Source of the DNA: a virus
Taxonomy: Duplodnaviria > Caudoviricetes
Reading direction: 5' to 3' (one strand)
DNA length: 37,696 nt
Virus record (IMG/VR): IMGVR_UViG_3300021090_000069
Span: 1 to 37,696 of that record
Below are positions 7,926 through 17,385 of the stretch, piece after piece (the stretch's first letter is position 1; each line of letters opens with the position of its first letter). Made by a program: the position numbers and the translations under genes. The notes under the pieces are model-generated. The model made no database searches, was not told where the DNA came from, and saw only the letters and a list, made by a program, of their open reading frames with translations.

Positions 7926-8045
7926 TATCTACTACTTCCTCCGAACGGAACGGCGTTGAGTCGTTGAGTCGTTGAGTCGTGGCCATTTCCACTCAACCAT
8001 TTTTCTACTCGACCACTTAACATTATCTTTCACTCCCTCCAAACA
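7857..8045. repeat. Imperfect ~98-bp tandem duplication, each unit holding (GTTGAGTC)3 and inverted ACTCAACC-type octamers
   Basis: 7857-7945 aligns with 7954-8045 through to ...ACATTATCT...CCTCC(G/A)AAC. Confidence 0.8.
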
Positions 8046-10614
8046 TATACCCGAGATCCGGGGCCTCCTCGGGCAGCCTATCCTGCGGGTCCCAGTAATA
8101 GGTCTGGTTGTTTTCCTGCTTGGTGCGTCTTCTCATCCTGCGGAGATAGCCGGGGTTCATGCTCTCCTGCACCTGAAATAAAAGCAGGTGATCGAGCGCG
8201 GCCCGCGTGTACCAGAGGTTGACCAGCGGCGTGTAGTTCTTCACGAACTGGAAGGCCTCTGCCCCGAACTTCGTTTCCTTTCCCATGATCGCCTGGCGCG
8301 CGTTGCCGAAGGTCAGCTTTGCGGCCTCGGACGCGAACGATCCGACAGGGCCTGCTATTGTCGCGGTGAGGTCGCCGCCGAAGCGGTTGTAATCAGAGAA
8401 CATGAAATCGCCGAAGATGCCGAGGCCTCCGGACTGGGCCGCTGCTGCCAGCCAAAAGGAAGGCGTGGTGATGTCGCGCGGATTTCTCCCGAAGGCGAGC
8501 TGCTTGAGTTGATAGGATATCCCGCCGGCCACGATCATGCTCACCGCGAACTGCGCCGCCACTCCTGCCCTGAAGCCCCTCGTGCCCTCTGCCGCAAAGA
8601 CGCGCGGCAATACCTTTGTCGAAAGCGACAGGGTAAAGGTCTTGAATAAGGCCGTCGTCCGCATGAATTCGCCTGCTGCCGTCCCCGGCCTGGTGCTGTC
8701 CTTGATCAGGGCGCGTTCGCGCACTCCCGGCGAGACGATGGCAATATCCGCCTCCTCGGTGAGCATCGCGCTGTACTTGATCGCCGCCTCCCGGATCTCC
8801 GGCGTGTCGCCGAGCTTCTTGATCGCCATCGGCGTGAGCATCTTCTGGCCGGAAAGGTCTGCCTGCTGCGCTGTGCGGATGATCTGCCAGTCCGCATCGG
8901 TGATGCCGTAGCGTTCAAGCATCGCCTTAAAGTGAGGGTCTGTGATGCCATGTGTCGCCGCGTCTGCCGCGTGGAACGCGATCAGCTTCTGGTAGGCCGC
9001 CTTCATGCTGTCCGTCCACCATGTCATCCCTGCCAGCCTGACGGTCCCGTTTGCGAACCTGCTCGTTAATTTAGTCCCCTGGACGCCCTCGCCGTACCGC
9101 ATCGCCACGTCGTTGATCATCGACTGCGAGGCGATACCGAGCTGCGCCGCCGTCTTCTTGCCCTCTGCTCCGAGCGGCATAAGTTCCTGTATCGCCAGCT
9201 TGAGGGCCTTGCCGACGCCGAGGCCGTCCGTCCGCGCGATCGCCGCGTAGGTCGCCAGGTCGTTCACCTGCGAAAGCAGGACCGAGCCCATCTTGGCGGC
9301 AACCATCCACTGCCTCAGCCCGAGCATCGAGCTTGCGAAGATATCTCCCTTGTCGGATACGGGCAGGTTCGCAACCCCCGCTATCTCGTCGAAATAGAGC
9401 TGCGCCCTCCATGCCCCTTTGTCCGAGCGGTCGTAATGCTTTGCCTGGGTGACGGCTGTCTCGAAGCCCTTCACCGGGTTCGGCCCGAATACTTCCAGTA
9501 AGGCCGTGTCGCCTGCGTTTTTGATGATCGCCTTCTGCATGATGCCGAGCACGTCACTCGTACCGGTGAGCTTGTTGAACTCCAGCCACTCGACCGCTGT
9601 CTTGAAGTGGAGCGAACGGTGCTCCGCAAGCTGCTGCGCCAGCGACTTGGTGCCGCCGAGTCCGACGATCTGGCCTGCCTGGTCATACTGCAGGTCTGCC
9701 GAGAGGCCACGCGTGGTGATGATGTCAAAGGTCTTACTCAGCACGTCACGCATCTCTTCATCGTCAAAGCGGTCGCCTGACTGGTGCTGGTACTTCTCCC
9801 GGTTCATCCGGGGAAAGGCCTCGTCTACCCAAGCGGTCTTCGCCTTTTTGTAGAGTTCCTTCTTCTGCGCGTCTGTTGCCAGCGGATTCAGGAGCGTGCG
9901 CCTCTCTGCGTTGTCGAGCCCGAACTTCTTTGTCTCTGCAGGGTCCCAGGATTGCGGGAGCCGCCAGTCTTCGAGGTGGCCGATATTCGCCTTCAACTCG
10001 TTCTTCCTGTCCTTTGCGAGCGTGGCGTGCGTGTCCCAGGCCTTGACCAGCTTCTCAGCCGCCTTGTCGCCGGTGCTGCCTGCTGCGTCCATCTCCTTTG
10101 CAATGTTCATCGCCTGCTCTTCCGTGAACTTGAAGCCGAAAAAGCTGCTGTATTCGTCAAACGCCGCGTTCATCTCGGCCATGTCGAGCGAGAGGATGCC
10201 GTTCTTCCTGCCTTCGAGGGTGAGCGCCTTCTGCCTTCCCTTCATGTTGCCGACAAGGAGCTCTAGCAGGGCGTCGACGTGGGTCTTTGCCTCCCCGTTC
10301 CTGACTGACCTTAACATCGTCTTGTCTATGTTGATCGACTTCTCCGCCTGCGCGTATGCGGTCTCCAGCTTGTTCTTCTTCTGTTCGAGTATCCGCTCGA
10401 AGGTCCGCATCGCCATCTCCTGCGTCCTGGCCTCCGGTGAGAGGGCCTTGATCCTTTCTTCATAATCCTTGAACGTCTCGGCGTCCATCTTCAGGATGCC
10501 CTCGTCATTGCCTGGTCCGCGGTAGGCCTTCTCTATCCGCTCGAATATCTTTTCGACCTCGCCCCGTGAGATGATCCCTTCGAGGGCCTTCGTGATTTCC
10601 TTACGACACTCCAT
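8023..10614 (-). CDS. Large internal virion (ejection) protein, gp16-like position
   Basis: 863 aa, helical, C-terminal GGLGIFGD...GPV...P..NLWY.RAALDH...QE..NPGYLRR motif seen in temperate podovirus internal proteins. Confidence 0.8.
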   Translation of the reverse strand: MECRKEITKALEGIISRGEVEKIFERIEKAYRGPGNDEGILKMDAETFKDYEERIKALSPEARTQEMAMRTFERILEQKKNKLETAYAQAEKSINIDKTMLRSVRNGEAKTHVDALLELLVGNMKGRQKALTLEGRKNGILSLDMAEMNAAFDEYSSFFGFKFTEEQAMNIAKEMDAAGSTGDKAAEKLVKAWDTHATLAKDRKNELKANIGHLEDWRLPQSWDPAETKKFGLDNAERRTLLNPLATDAQKKELYKKAKTAWVDEAFPRMNREKYQHQSGDRFDDEEMRDVLSKTFDIITTRGLSADLQYDQAGQIVGLGGTKSLAQQLAEHRSLHFKTAVEWLEFNKLTGTSDVLGIMQKAIIKNAGDTALLEVFGPNPVKGFETAVTQAKHYDRSDKGAWRAQLYFDEIAGVANLPVSDKGDIFASSMLGLRQWMVAAKMGSVLLSQVNDLATYAAIARTDGLGVGKALKLAIQELMPLGAEGKKTAAQLGIASQSMINDVAMRYGEGVQGTKLTSRFANGTVRLAGMTWWTDSMKAAYQKLIAFHAADAATHGITDPHFKAMLERYGITDADWQIIRTAQQADLSGQKMLTPMAIKKLGDTPEIREAAIKYSAMLTEEADIAIVSPGVRERALIKDSTRPGTAAGEFMRTTALFKTFTLSLSTKVLPRVFAAEGTRGFRAGVAAQFAVSMIVAGGISYQLKQLAFGRNPRDITTPSFWLAAAAQSGGLGIFGDFMFSDYNRFGGDLTATIAGPVGSFASEAAKLTFGNARQAIMGKETKFGAEAFQFVKNYTPLVNLWYTRAALDHLLLFQVQESMNPGYLRRMRRRTKQENNQTYYWDPQDRLPEEAPDLGYMFGGSER

Positions 10615-10640
10615 GTAAACCTCCGATGCTCAAGAAAATG

Positions 10641-10787
10641 TTATCCATCCTTCGGTTTCCTCTGCTTTTTCTTTTTCTCCCGCGCCTCAACCATCTTCTT
10701 AGCATCCTCCGGGGAAAGGGTGCGGCGGGATTTTCTCCCGCCCTTGCTCCCTATTTCAGCCAGGTATTTTTTTATGTCCTTTTCCAT
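10641..10787 (-). CDS. 48-aa basic KGG-motif protein (missing from the ORF track)
   Basis: My translation MEKDIKKYLAEIGSKGGRKSRRTLSPEDAKKMVEAREKKKKQRKPKDG; TAATG-coupled to 10787..11110. Confidence 0.7.
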   Translation of the reverse strand: MEKDIKKYLAEIGSKGGRKSRRTLSPEDAKKMVEAREKKKKQRKPKDG

Positions 10788-11110
10788 TACACCTTCACCC
10801 GCATATCATTCCCGAATGCATCCTTCACAACCGTTGCCGTTCCCCTATTTGCCGGAATGCACAATCTCTTCCCGGATTCCTGCGCCCATACTCCAAGTCT
10901 GCGAACCTGATCATCTGCCAACGGCTCGGTGCTTTTCCCCGCATCTTCATCCGCCAGAAAATACCTCTGCCAGCCTACGTGTGATTGCACATCAACAATC
11001 CAGCCCTTTGCTGTTTTTCTTGCGATCACATCCCACCCGAATTTCTTTGCTGTGTACTCTTTGCCTTTTTTCATTTCCTTTTCCTCCGTCTTATGATTTT
11101 TTGTTTCCAT
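10787..11110 (-). CDS. Moron hypothetical protein
   Basis: Directly downstream of a strong promoter; possible internal start MKKGK with SD GGAGG; AT-rich. Confidence 0.7.
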   Translation of the reverse strand: METKNHKTEEKEMKKGKEYTAKKFGWDVIARKTAKGWIVDVQSHVGWQRYFLADEDAGKSTEPLADDQVRRLGVWAQESGKRLCIPANRGTATVVKDAFGNDMRVKV

Positions 11111-11116
11111 ATCTAT

Positions 11117-11145
11117 ACTCTATCGTAAGCAGGTTACGTTGTCAA
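11117..11145 (-). promoter_or_regulatory. Sigma70 promoter with a palindromic operator
   Basis: TTGACA-N17-TAGAGT, A-tract upstream, CGTAA-N5-TTACG at 11124-11138. Confidence 0.75.
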
Positions 11146-11236
11146 GTCTTTTTTTTCTACCCAATAAAATAAAAAATGGGTAACAAACGTATTTTGAATA
11201 TTAAGGAAACTCCTTCATTCAACATTCAACATTGTT

Positions 11237-13825
11237 TTAACCGCCCTGCCGTATGCATTTACTTATGCGCTCAAAAGTATCCTTATGGGCGTTGACCGCC
11301 TCCATTTCGAGCTTTGCGTTTTCGACCATATCCTTCAGCGTGCCCTTCACCTCTCTGCCGTTTGCATCGATGAACGTTGCCGGGATCTGTATCTCGTCGC
11401 CTGCGCCCGCCAGGAAGTCCTCCACAAAGGCCTCAGAGGGGCTGGGCTTGTCTTTGCCGGTCCCGAGTCCCGAGTCCCGGGTCCTTGCCTCCGCCTCCAT
11501 CCGTGCACTGATCTGGTCCTCGATAGCCGAGGGGTGCGCTGCCTTCTCTTCAATCGCCCGTAATAACGCCTCCGGCGTGGCCTCCTTTATCCAGCCCTCT
11601 TCCTTCGCCATCAACGCGAGCTGGTCAAGGGTCCGGCCCTTGCCGTCTTTTTTCAGGAGGACCCTGCTGCCGTTTTCCTTGAGTGCGTCGAGTTCCCCCT
11701 TCAGCGCCTCCTTTGCATAGTTGACGCCGCCCTTTGTCTTGATCCAGTCTTCAATGCCTTTACCCTTGGCCCCTTTCTTCAGAAGCCTCTCCCGCCTCTG
11801 CTCTATCGTCTCCAGCGGCTTGCCGTTGGCGTCGTAGTATTGCGCCGTGAGTTCGTTCGGCCCTGCCATCTCCACCGGCTCCTGCGTGTCGAAGTCAACG
11901 AGCTCATGCCTGAATTCCGGTATCTCGTTGAGGTCGGTCTCGGCCTTTATATCCGCATCGGCCCTTGTGACTTCCGCCTTTACCATCTCCTGCGCTGCGA
12001 CGCTGTCCGGATGCTCGGTTGCGAATTTGAATCTGATCTGAGTAGGGGAGAACACAGCATAGATCGTATCACTAATTGGAGAGTCAAAAGTGTTTTTAAT
12101 TATTACTCCGTCGTGACCGTTCTCCTTTGCTTTTTTAATTAAGTCAACATAACTTTCATCCCTTGGAATTTGATTACGTTGATCGTGAACTAATGGATTA
12201 TCCATTTTTAAAAAAACAGGAATTATTGACGATCCCCTGCTTTTATGTTCTTCTTCTAAACTAACAAGCTTTTTCGCTATTTCAACATCTCCGGTAATAC
12301 CGCCTCCTTCTTCAAGCGACTTAATCCATGCATCTTCGGCCTCTTTTAATTCCTGCGGTTTATTGTAATCTTTATTTGCATACCCTTCAGCAGATAGCGG
12401 GTCAGCCGCGAAGAAAAAGGCTTCTTTTGAGCTTTGGGCGTTTGTATTCGTTCCTAGTTTAGATGAATCAAATTGTCCAATTTTCTCAATATCTTTTCCG
12501 TAAACCGTCCCATGATAAACCACCAAAGGCTCGCCGTTTTCATCAACGACCTTGCTCTGACCAAACCACTTATTAAAAGGTTCTGTTTGGCGCTGGATTG
12601 TTCGCCCTTCGCTTACCGCCTTCTGCCATGCGGTGAAATCCTCCGAGCCGACATACTCCTCCAGCGGCCTGATCTTTTCGCCTGCGGACAGTATCGTCTC
12701 CTCTGCCCTTGCCTTCATCTCCGGCCCGGTGAGACCCTGTTTCTCCGCCTCCCGCGCCAGGTCATAGCCTGACTTCAGGAGCGTCCTCATCTCAGCCTGC
12801 TGCCCTCTGAGCGCCTTGAGGTCTGCTATCAGTTCGGCAGGCGTGGCATAAGGATCTCCCTGCGCTCTCCTGGGCGGCGGCTGTATCTCGATGACCGGAC
12901 GCGCCTCTTTTGTAACATCCACCAGTCTGTCCTCTGTTAAGTCCGCCAGGGCCTTGTTCATCGCGTCGAGGTGCTGCCGCATCTGTGCCGGGGCCTTTGT
13001 GTCAAACGGCGTCTGCCGGATCTTCTGCTGATGCTGCCGGATGATGTTCAGGGCGTCCTCTGCCTCGATCGGCAGGGTCTTCAGATAATCGTTGTACTCG
13101 GCATTGTTCAGCACAGTATCCAGGTTGGTCACCATTCCGGCCTTGCCTTTTTCAAAGGCCTTCTTTGCCTTCCTGATACCCGCATGGTGCATCATCCCGG
13201 AGGCCAGGCCCATGACAACATCGACCGAGCGGCCTACGGGATCTAACGGGTCATACTGTTTCGCCTGCTCTGTGAAGCCTTCGCTCTCCAGAAGCTGCCG
13301 CGTGATCTCTGTCTGTCCTGCGCCGATTATCGGGTTTGCGGCGACCAGTCCCAGGGTGCGCGCAAGTGTCTTGCCTGCTGCCGGTATCTTCACCATCGCC
13401 GCGGTCGCAAGCCCCGCGAGCATCGCGCCCTTGCGGGCCGTCTTTTCGTCGACACCTTGGTCGATCAGGTCCGCTGCTGTGTTGATCGTGGTCTCGCCGA
13501 TCAGGACAGGCATTGCCGCAGGCCCGAACATCAGCGGTATACCGATCTGGGCTATGCCGTGGAATATCTGGCCTGCCTGCGAGGTCGTCTCCGGGTCGAT
13601 ACTCCAGTACTTCTCTGCGGGCTTGATATAGTCCTCGTAGAAATTCCAGATCATCTCCCGGCTGCCTTCGGTGTTTCCCCCGTGGCTGTAGCCGAGGATC
13701 GTAGCTGCCTTGGCGATATTCACCCCGCCCTTCATCAGGCCCATGCCTGCGGCCTTCAGCGCCCCCGTCGGCTTGCCGGTGAGGATGTCCCGCTCGGGCA
13801 GGTCCTCTTCGTATAAATTAATCAC
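11237..13825 (-). CDS. Internal virion protein carrying an ADP-ribosyltransferase-like (ART-PolyVal-type) domain
   Basis: FNKWFGQSKVVDENGEPLVVYHGT...FFFA....AEGYA...PVFLKMDNP...GHDGVII...VFSPTQI at ~12030-12580; lies among internal virion genes. Confidence 0.8.
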   Translation of the reverse strand: MINLYEEDLPERDILTGKPTGALKAAGMGLMKGGVNIAKAATILGYSHGGNTEGSREMIWNFYEDYIKPAEKYWSIDPETTSQAGQIFHGIAQIGIPLMFGPAAMPVLIGETTINTAADLIDQGVDEKTARKGAMLAGLATAAMVKIPAAGKTLARTLGLVAANPIIGAGQTEITRQLLESEGFTEQAKQYDPLDPVGRSVDVVMGLASGMMHHAGIRKAKKAFEKGKAGMVTNLDTVLNNAEYNDYLKTLPIEAEDALNIIRQHQQKIRQTPFDTKAPAQMRQHLDAMNKALADLTEDRLVDVTKEARPVIEIQPPPRRAQGDPYATPAELIADLKALRGQQAEMRTLLKSGYDLAREAEKQGLTGPEMKARAEETILSAGEKIRPLEEYVGSEDFTAWQKAVSEGRTIQRQTEPFNKWFGQSKVVDENGEPLVVYHGTVYGKDIEKIGQFDSSKLGTNTNAQSSKEAFFFAADPLSAEGYANKDYNKPQELKEAEDAWIKSLEEGGGITGDVEIAKKLVSLEEEHKSRGSSIIPVFLKMDNPLVHDQRNQIPRDESYVDLIKKAKENGHDGVIIKNTFDSPISDTIYAVFSPTQIRFKFATEHPDSVAAQEMVKAEVTRADADIKAETDLNEIPEFRHELVDFDTQEPVEMAGPNELTAQYYDANGKPLETIEQRRERLLKKGAKGKGIEDWIKTKGGVNYAKEALKGELDALKENGSRVLLKKDGKGRTLDQLALMAKEEGWIKEATPEALLRAIEEKAAHPSAIEDQISARMEAEARTRDSGLGTGKDKPSPSEAFVEDFLAGAGDEIQIPATFIDANGREVKGTLKDMVENAKLEMEAVNAHKDTFERISKCIRQGG

Positions 13826-15978
13826 TTAAACATCACCTCCACTAAACTCCCGCCCTTGGTCATGAGATATCTGCCGTCGACCTCCACGCGGTAGATGTTC
13901 GGCCTGTTGGTCACATGCCAGCGGGCATCGTCCCGGATGATCTCCGCTGCGTCTTCGTTGGTGAAGCCCTGCACCCCGCCTCCGGAGAGCGCCGAGACAA
14001 AGGCCTTGTCGATCTTCCTGACGGAGTTCTTGAAACGGTCCTCGCTGTAGCCTTCGGGCAGCACCACCTTCTTGCTATGGATGTTGGCAATGTCGCCGAC
14101 GATCGCCTTGAACGCCTGCTCCGCCCTGGTCTTGTCAATGTCCTCTCCCAGGGTGTCGCCTTGCCGTCCTGACTCTGCCGCATAGAATGACTGGAAGGCC
14201 TTGAAATGCGCCTCCTGGTTCTGCGGCTGCCCCAGCATGCCGTCGCCGATCATGCCGTCAAAGAGTCCCCGCAGGTCAGCATCTTTGGGAAGTTTTACCG
14301 CCTTCTCCCGGAGCAGCCTCTGTCCCTCGCTGATCGTCTTTGCCGTGGCTGTCTTGCCTGCGGCGGTCAATCCGATCATCATGGCGCTCTGGCTGTCCTT
14401 GTCCGCAATCTGCTGGGCTATGCCTGCCATGCCCGACTGCCCGACGATCTTCTGGAGGCTGCCGATCAACTGCACCCCGCCGTCTTTTTGCGTCTTGAGC
14501 AGGGCAGACAGGCCCGTGGCCTCCTCTGTGGTCAGCACCGGCGTATAGCTCATGTTGTTGTCCGTCATACGCTCCCCGGGGCGGATTTCTTCGATCAACC
14601 GCATCGTCTTGATCCGTTTGCCGACCTCCAGCCTTGCCGTGAGCTGCTGCGCCAGGACGTTCGGGTCTGTCATGCTCAGGGGCTTGATCTGATAGCCGAG
14701 TACCGCTGCCCCGAAGGTGAGCGGGTCCTTGGCAAACTGCTCGGACCTGAAGGCAAAGCTCTCGCCCTTTTCCTTGATGCCTTTGTACTTCTCCGCCAGC
14801 AGCGGGAATTCCTTCAGCGCCCTGGCTATGTTTACCTCGTCCTTCAGGTCTATCGGCAGGCCTGCCAGCTTCTTTTGCTCATAGACATCGAGGAGGTCCC
14901 GCAGGTTCGCCTTCCGTTCCGCCGTCGCCGCCTTGGCCTCGGCGATCTGCCGCCGCTTTTCCTGCTCGATGTCCGTCTGCACCTTTGCAATCACCCCGAC
15001 ACGCACATGCGGGTCCATATCCGGCAGATAGTCCTTGTTCTTCAGGTCCTTCAGAAGACCGTTATAATCACCGGCATTGATGCGGCGTGACGCCTCGTTC
15101 AGCGTGATCGTCTCGAGGAACTGCTGCTTCATGCCCTGTTTTTCCTGCTCGCTGTAGCCGTACAGATCGATCTGGTTGAATAAGGCCGATGCCTCCTTCA
15201 TCCCCTGCGGACCGGTGGCAGCCCTGCGGACCAGTTCCTCCACGGTTGCCGCGCCGCTTGCCCGCGCAGTGTCCAGGTAGACCTGCTTTTGGTATTTCCT
15301 ATATCCGCGCTCGGCGTCGGCGATTGCGTCACTGTGCACCGGCTCCAGCAGCACGGCCTTGTCGCTGCCCAGTTTCTCGCCCCACTCGCCCTTGATCTTG
15401 TCGGCCTGCTCCCGGAATTTGTTCATCTTGTCTTCGTCGCGGATCTCAGTGTCTGCAAGGATGTCGTCGAGCGTGCGTGCGACATCGTTTTTATACTGGA
15501 CAATGCCCGCCTGCAGCTCGGCCTGCTCCTTCTGGCGCCTGGCAGTCTCTACCTGCTGCACCTCAAAGGCGTTGAACTGCTTCTTTGACCGCAGCATCAG
15601 CTCCGCGTGGCCTGCCGCAAACTGCTCGGCCACTTCCGGCGGCAGCCCGGCCAGCTTCGCCCTCGCGAGCTCGGTGCCTTTGCCCTCCAGGGCCTTATAC
15701 TTGGCCTCGTCGGGGATCGAGGCGTCCAGCAAGATGCCCTTCTTTTCGTCCTCCAGCGCGGCCTCATGCGCCATAGTCAGGGCCTGCAGCTGCGCGTTTT
15801 CCGTCTTGACGCGGCGGCGTTCTTCCCTGCCGAACTGCTTGTCGGCGATGTTCATCACCCCGCCTGACAGGTCCGAAAGCCCCTGCGCTACGTAGTCATT
15901 GCCCCTGCGCGGCGCCTTGGTCGGTACAACGTCCGGGAGCCTCCAGCCGAAGATCTCATCTGCGCTCGGTATCCTCAT
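13822..15978 (-). CDS. Internal virion protein (gp15-like position)
   Basis: Start MRIP with SD GAGGA; long helical/coiled-coil protein; ATGA overlap with the next gene. Confidence 0.72.
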   Translation of the reverse strand: MRIPSADEIFGWRLPDVVPTKAPRRGNDYVAQGLSDLSGGVMNIADKQFGREERRRVKTENAQLQALTMAHEAALEDEKKGILLDASIPDEAKYKALEGKGTELARAKLAGLPPEVAEQFAAGHAELMLRSKKQFNAFEVQQVETARRQKEQAELQAGIVQYKNDVARTLDDILADTEIRDEDKMNKFREQADKIKGEWGEKLGSDKAVLLEPVHSDAIADAERGYRKYQKQVYLDTARASGAATVEELVRRAATGPQGMKEASALFNQIDLYGYSEQEKQGMKQQFLETITLNEASRRINAGDYNGLLKDLKNKDYLPDMDPHVRVGVIAKVQTDIEQEKRRQIAEAKAATAERKANLRDLLDVYEQKKLAGLPIDLKDEVNIARALKEFPLLAEKYKGIKEKGESFAFRSEQFAKDPLTFGAAVLGYQIKPLSMTDPNVLAQQLTARLEVGKRIKTMRLIEEIRPGERMTDNNMSYTPVLTTEEATGLSALLKTQKDGGVQLIGSLQKIVGQSGMAGIAQQIADKDSQSAMMIGLTAAGKTATAKTISEGQRLLREKAVKLPKDADLRGLFDGMIGDGMLGQPQNQEAHFKAFQSFYAAESGRQGDTLGEDIDKTRAEQAFKAIVGDIANIHSKKVVLPEGYSEDRFKNSVRKIDKAFVSALSGGGVQGFTNEDAAEIIRDDARWHVTNRPNIYRVEVDGRYLMTKGGSLVEVMFK

Positions 15979-16017
15979 GTAGTCCTCGCAATGCAAATAT
16001 TTTTCATTGGGTCACCT

Positions 16018-16545
16018 CTATTTCCAGATGTCATTGTAGATCAGTTTTCCGTGAGGATTGGCCTTCCACCAGTCCTCAAGTTCATCAACGTCAGTTCCCC
16101 AATAGGGAAGCGGCCTTATCCTCGCACAGAAAAGGTACTTGCCTGCATTTTCACTGCATACAGGTACAGGGATGATGTGCAATGTCTCAGCCATGCCGGG
16201 AGCGATAAAGTAAGGAAGCCTGTGGACTGGATATATCAGCCCTTCATATATCTTAATAGCAGCCCAGCCGTTCTTATGCTTATCAATGGTCATGCGGTCA
16301 TCACGGTAAATCCTTATTCTACATCCCTTGTAATCCTTCATATTGTAGGTGCCGATCTTGAAACGGGACTCGAAGGTATCTCCCCATTCATTGAGAATAG
16401 TACCCGTATGAGGAGATTCCGATTTGTCTCTTCCTCCGATCCAGGCCCAGAAACTCTGAATAAGGTTAATGCCTTTTTGCAGAATAGTCTTATTCTGAAT
16501 AAGGAAAAATTGATCGCCTGGTTTGAGTTCGATCATTTCAACCAC
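16018..16545 (-). CDS. Permuted papain-like NlpC/P60 (YiiX/YaeF-type) protein
   Basis: LKPGD, SPHTG (His), FES, Y, VCSE (Cys) in permuted order. Confidence 0.72.
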   Translation of the reverse strand: MVEMIELKPGDQFFLIQNKTILQKGINLIQSFWAWIGGRDKSESPHTGTILNEWGDTFESRFKIGTYNMKDYKGCRIRIYRDDRMTIDKHKNGWAAIKIYEGLIYPVHRLPYFIAPGMAETLHIIPVPVCSENAGKYLFCARIRPLPYWGTDVDELEDWWKANPHGKLIYNDIWK

Positions 16546-16715
16546 CTCGTTATCCTGTCTGAAATCCTCGCCCTGATCTTGCCCTTGTCTATAAAAAACT
16601 GGAAGACAGGGATAGTAACCCTTTGGTCGTATTTTTCGCGCAATCGTGCCGTCCAGAAGCGTACAGCCCCCTTGCGTTCCCGTTCCATGATCCTATCCAT
16701 CTCTTCAGGCGTCAT
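16533..16715 (-). CDS. Hypothetical protein
   Basis: Likely start MTPEEM; overlaps its neighbours. Confidence 0.5.
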   Translation of the reverse strand: MTPEEMDRIMERERKGAVRFWTARLREKYDQRVTIPVFQFFIDKGKIRARISDRITRWLK

Positions 16716-16827
16716 CGATGGCCTTCGCAATCTTCTCTGCCAGTTCTATGGCGTCTTTGCCTTCACCGTCAAAGCAGGGGCTTTGGGATAGCACCGTTGC
16801 GATTGCGTATATCTGATTTGGAGTCAT
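16705..16827 (-). CDS. 40-aa hypothetical protein (missing from the ORF track)
   Basis: MTPNQIYAIATVLSQSPCFDGEGKDAIELAEKIAKAIDDA; ATGA overlap upstream; fills the gap between genes. Confidence 0.45.
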   Translation of the reverse strand: MTPNQIYAIATVLSQSPCFDGEGKDAIELAEKIAKAIDDA

Positions 16828-17021
16828 TTTGCCTTCATCCACTTAAAGTATTCTGATGTCTCATTGCACACAAGCCACTGCTTGCCCTCGGGAGGCGCAC
16901 CGTGTTTATCAAGTATTTCCTTGACGCGGTGGTGTCCACTTTCACCTTCTGCTATTTCAAATTGTTCTACGAACTCTGATTCAAAGGTTTTTCTGTCCTG
17001 TAAATGCACTTGAATTAACAT
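16824..17021 (-). CDS. Hypothetical protein
   Basis: Likely start MLIQVHL after GGGGGA; coupled downstream. Confidence 0.55.
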   Translation of the reverse strand: MLIQVHLQDRKTFESEFVEQFEIAEGESGHHRVKEILDKHGAPPEGKQWLVCNETSEYFKWMKAK

Positions 17022-17025
17022 ATAG

Positions 17026-17385
17026 TCAATCCCCCGGCTTCGCTGGTGAGACAGCCGGAGTAACCGGGTCAACACAGGATGCAATCACAGCTTCCAGTTT
17101 CTTCGTCTGTTTCCTCTGCCCGACAATGCTCCCGACAACGCCGTAGACTGCTATTCCAGCGGCTACCAGAGCCTCAACACTGCTTGTAATGACTTCGTAG
17201 TTGTCTATGATCATATCCTTCATATCGTTGTCTAAAACAAGCCCCCATTTGTAATACAGGCCAAAGCCAACTACCGCGAGGATCTTCATGACTGTCCGTC
17301 TGCGCCGATACCACGGCTTGTTAATGTCTTCCGGGTCTGAATCCCTCATCATGAGGGTTTTAAGCAATGCTATAAGTTGTTTCAT
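17026..17385 (-). CDS. Holin-like two-TM membrane protein
   Basis: KPWY motif followed by two hydrophobic helices; TAATG-coupled to the endolysin. Confidence 0.62.
   Translation of the reverse strand: MKQLIALLKTLMMRDSDPEDINKPWYRRRRTVMKILAVVGFGLYYKWGLVLDNDMKDMIIDNYEVITSSVEALVAAGIAVYGVVGSIVGQRKQTKKLEAVIASCVDPVTPAVSPAKPGD

Noticed and set aside
7857-8045. Mini-CRISPR array
   Set aside because: Only two degenerate units built from octamer microsatellites, with no unique spacers and no cas genes.
15991-16791. 266-aa plus-strand ORF
   Set aside because: Antisense to the YiiX-like gene and its coupled neighbours, with no recognisable motifs; probably a shadow ORF.
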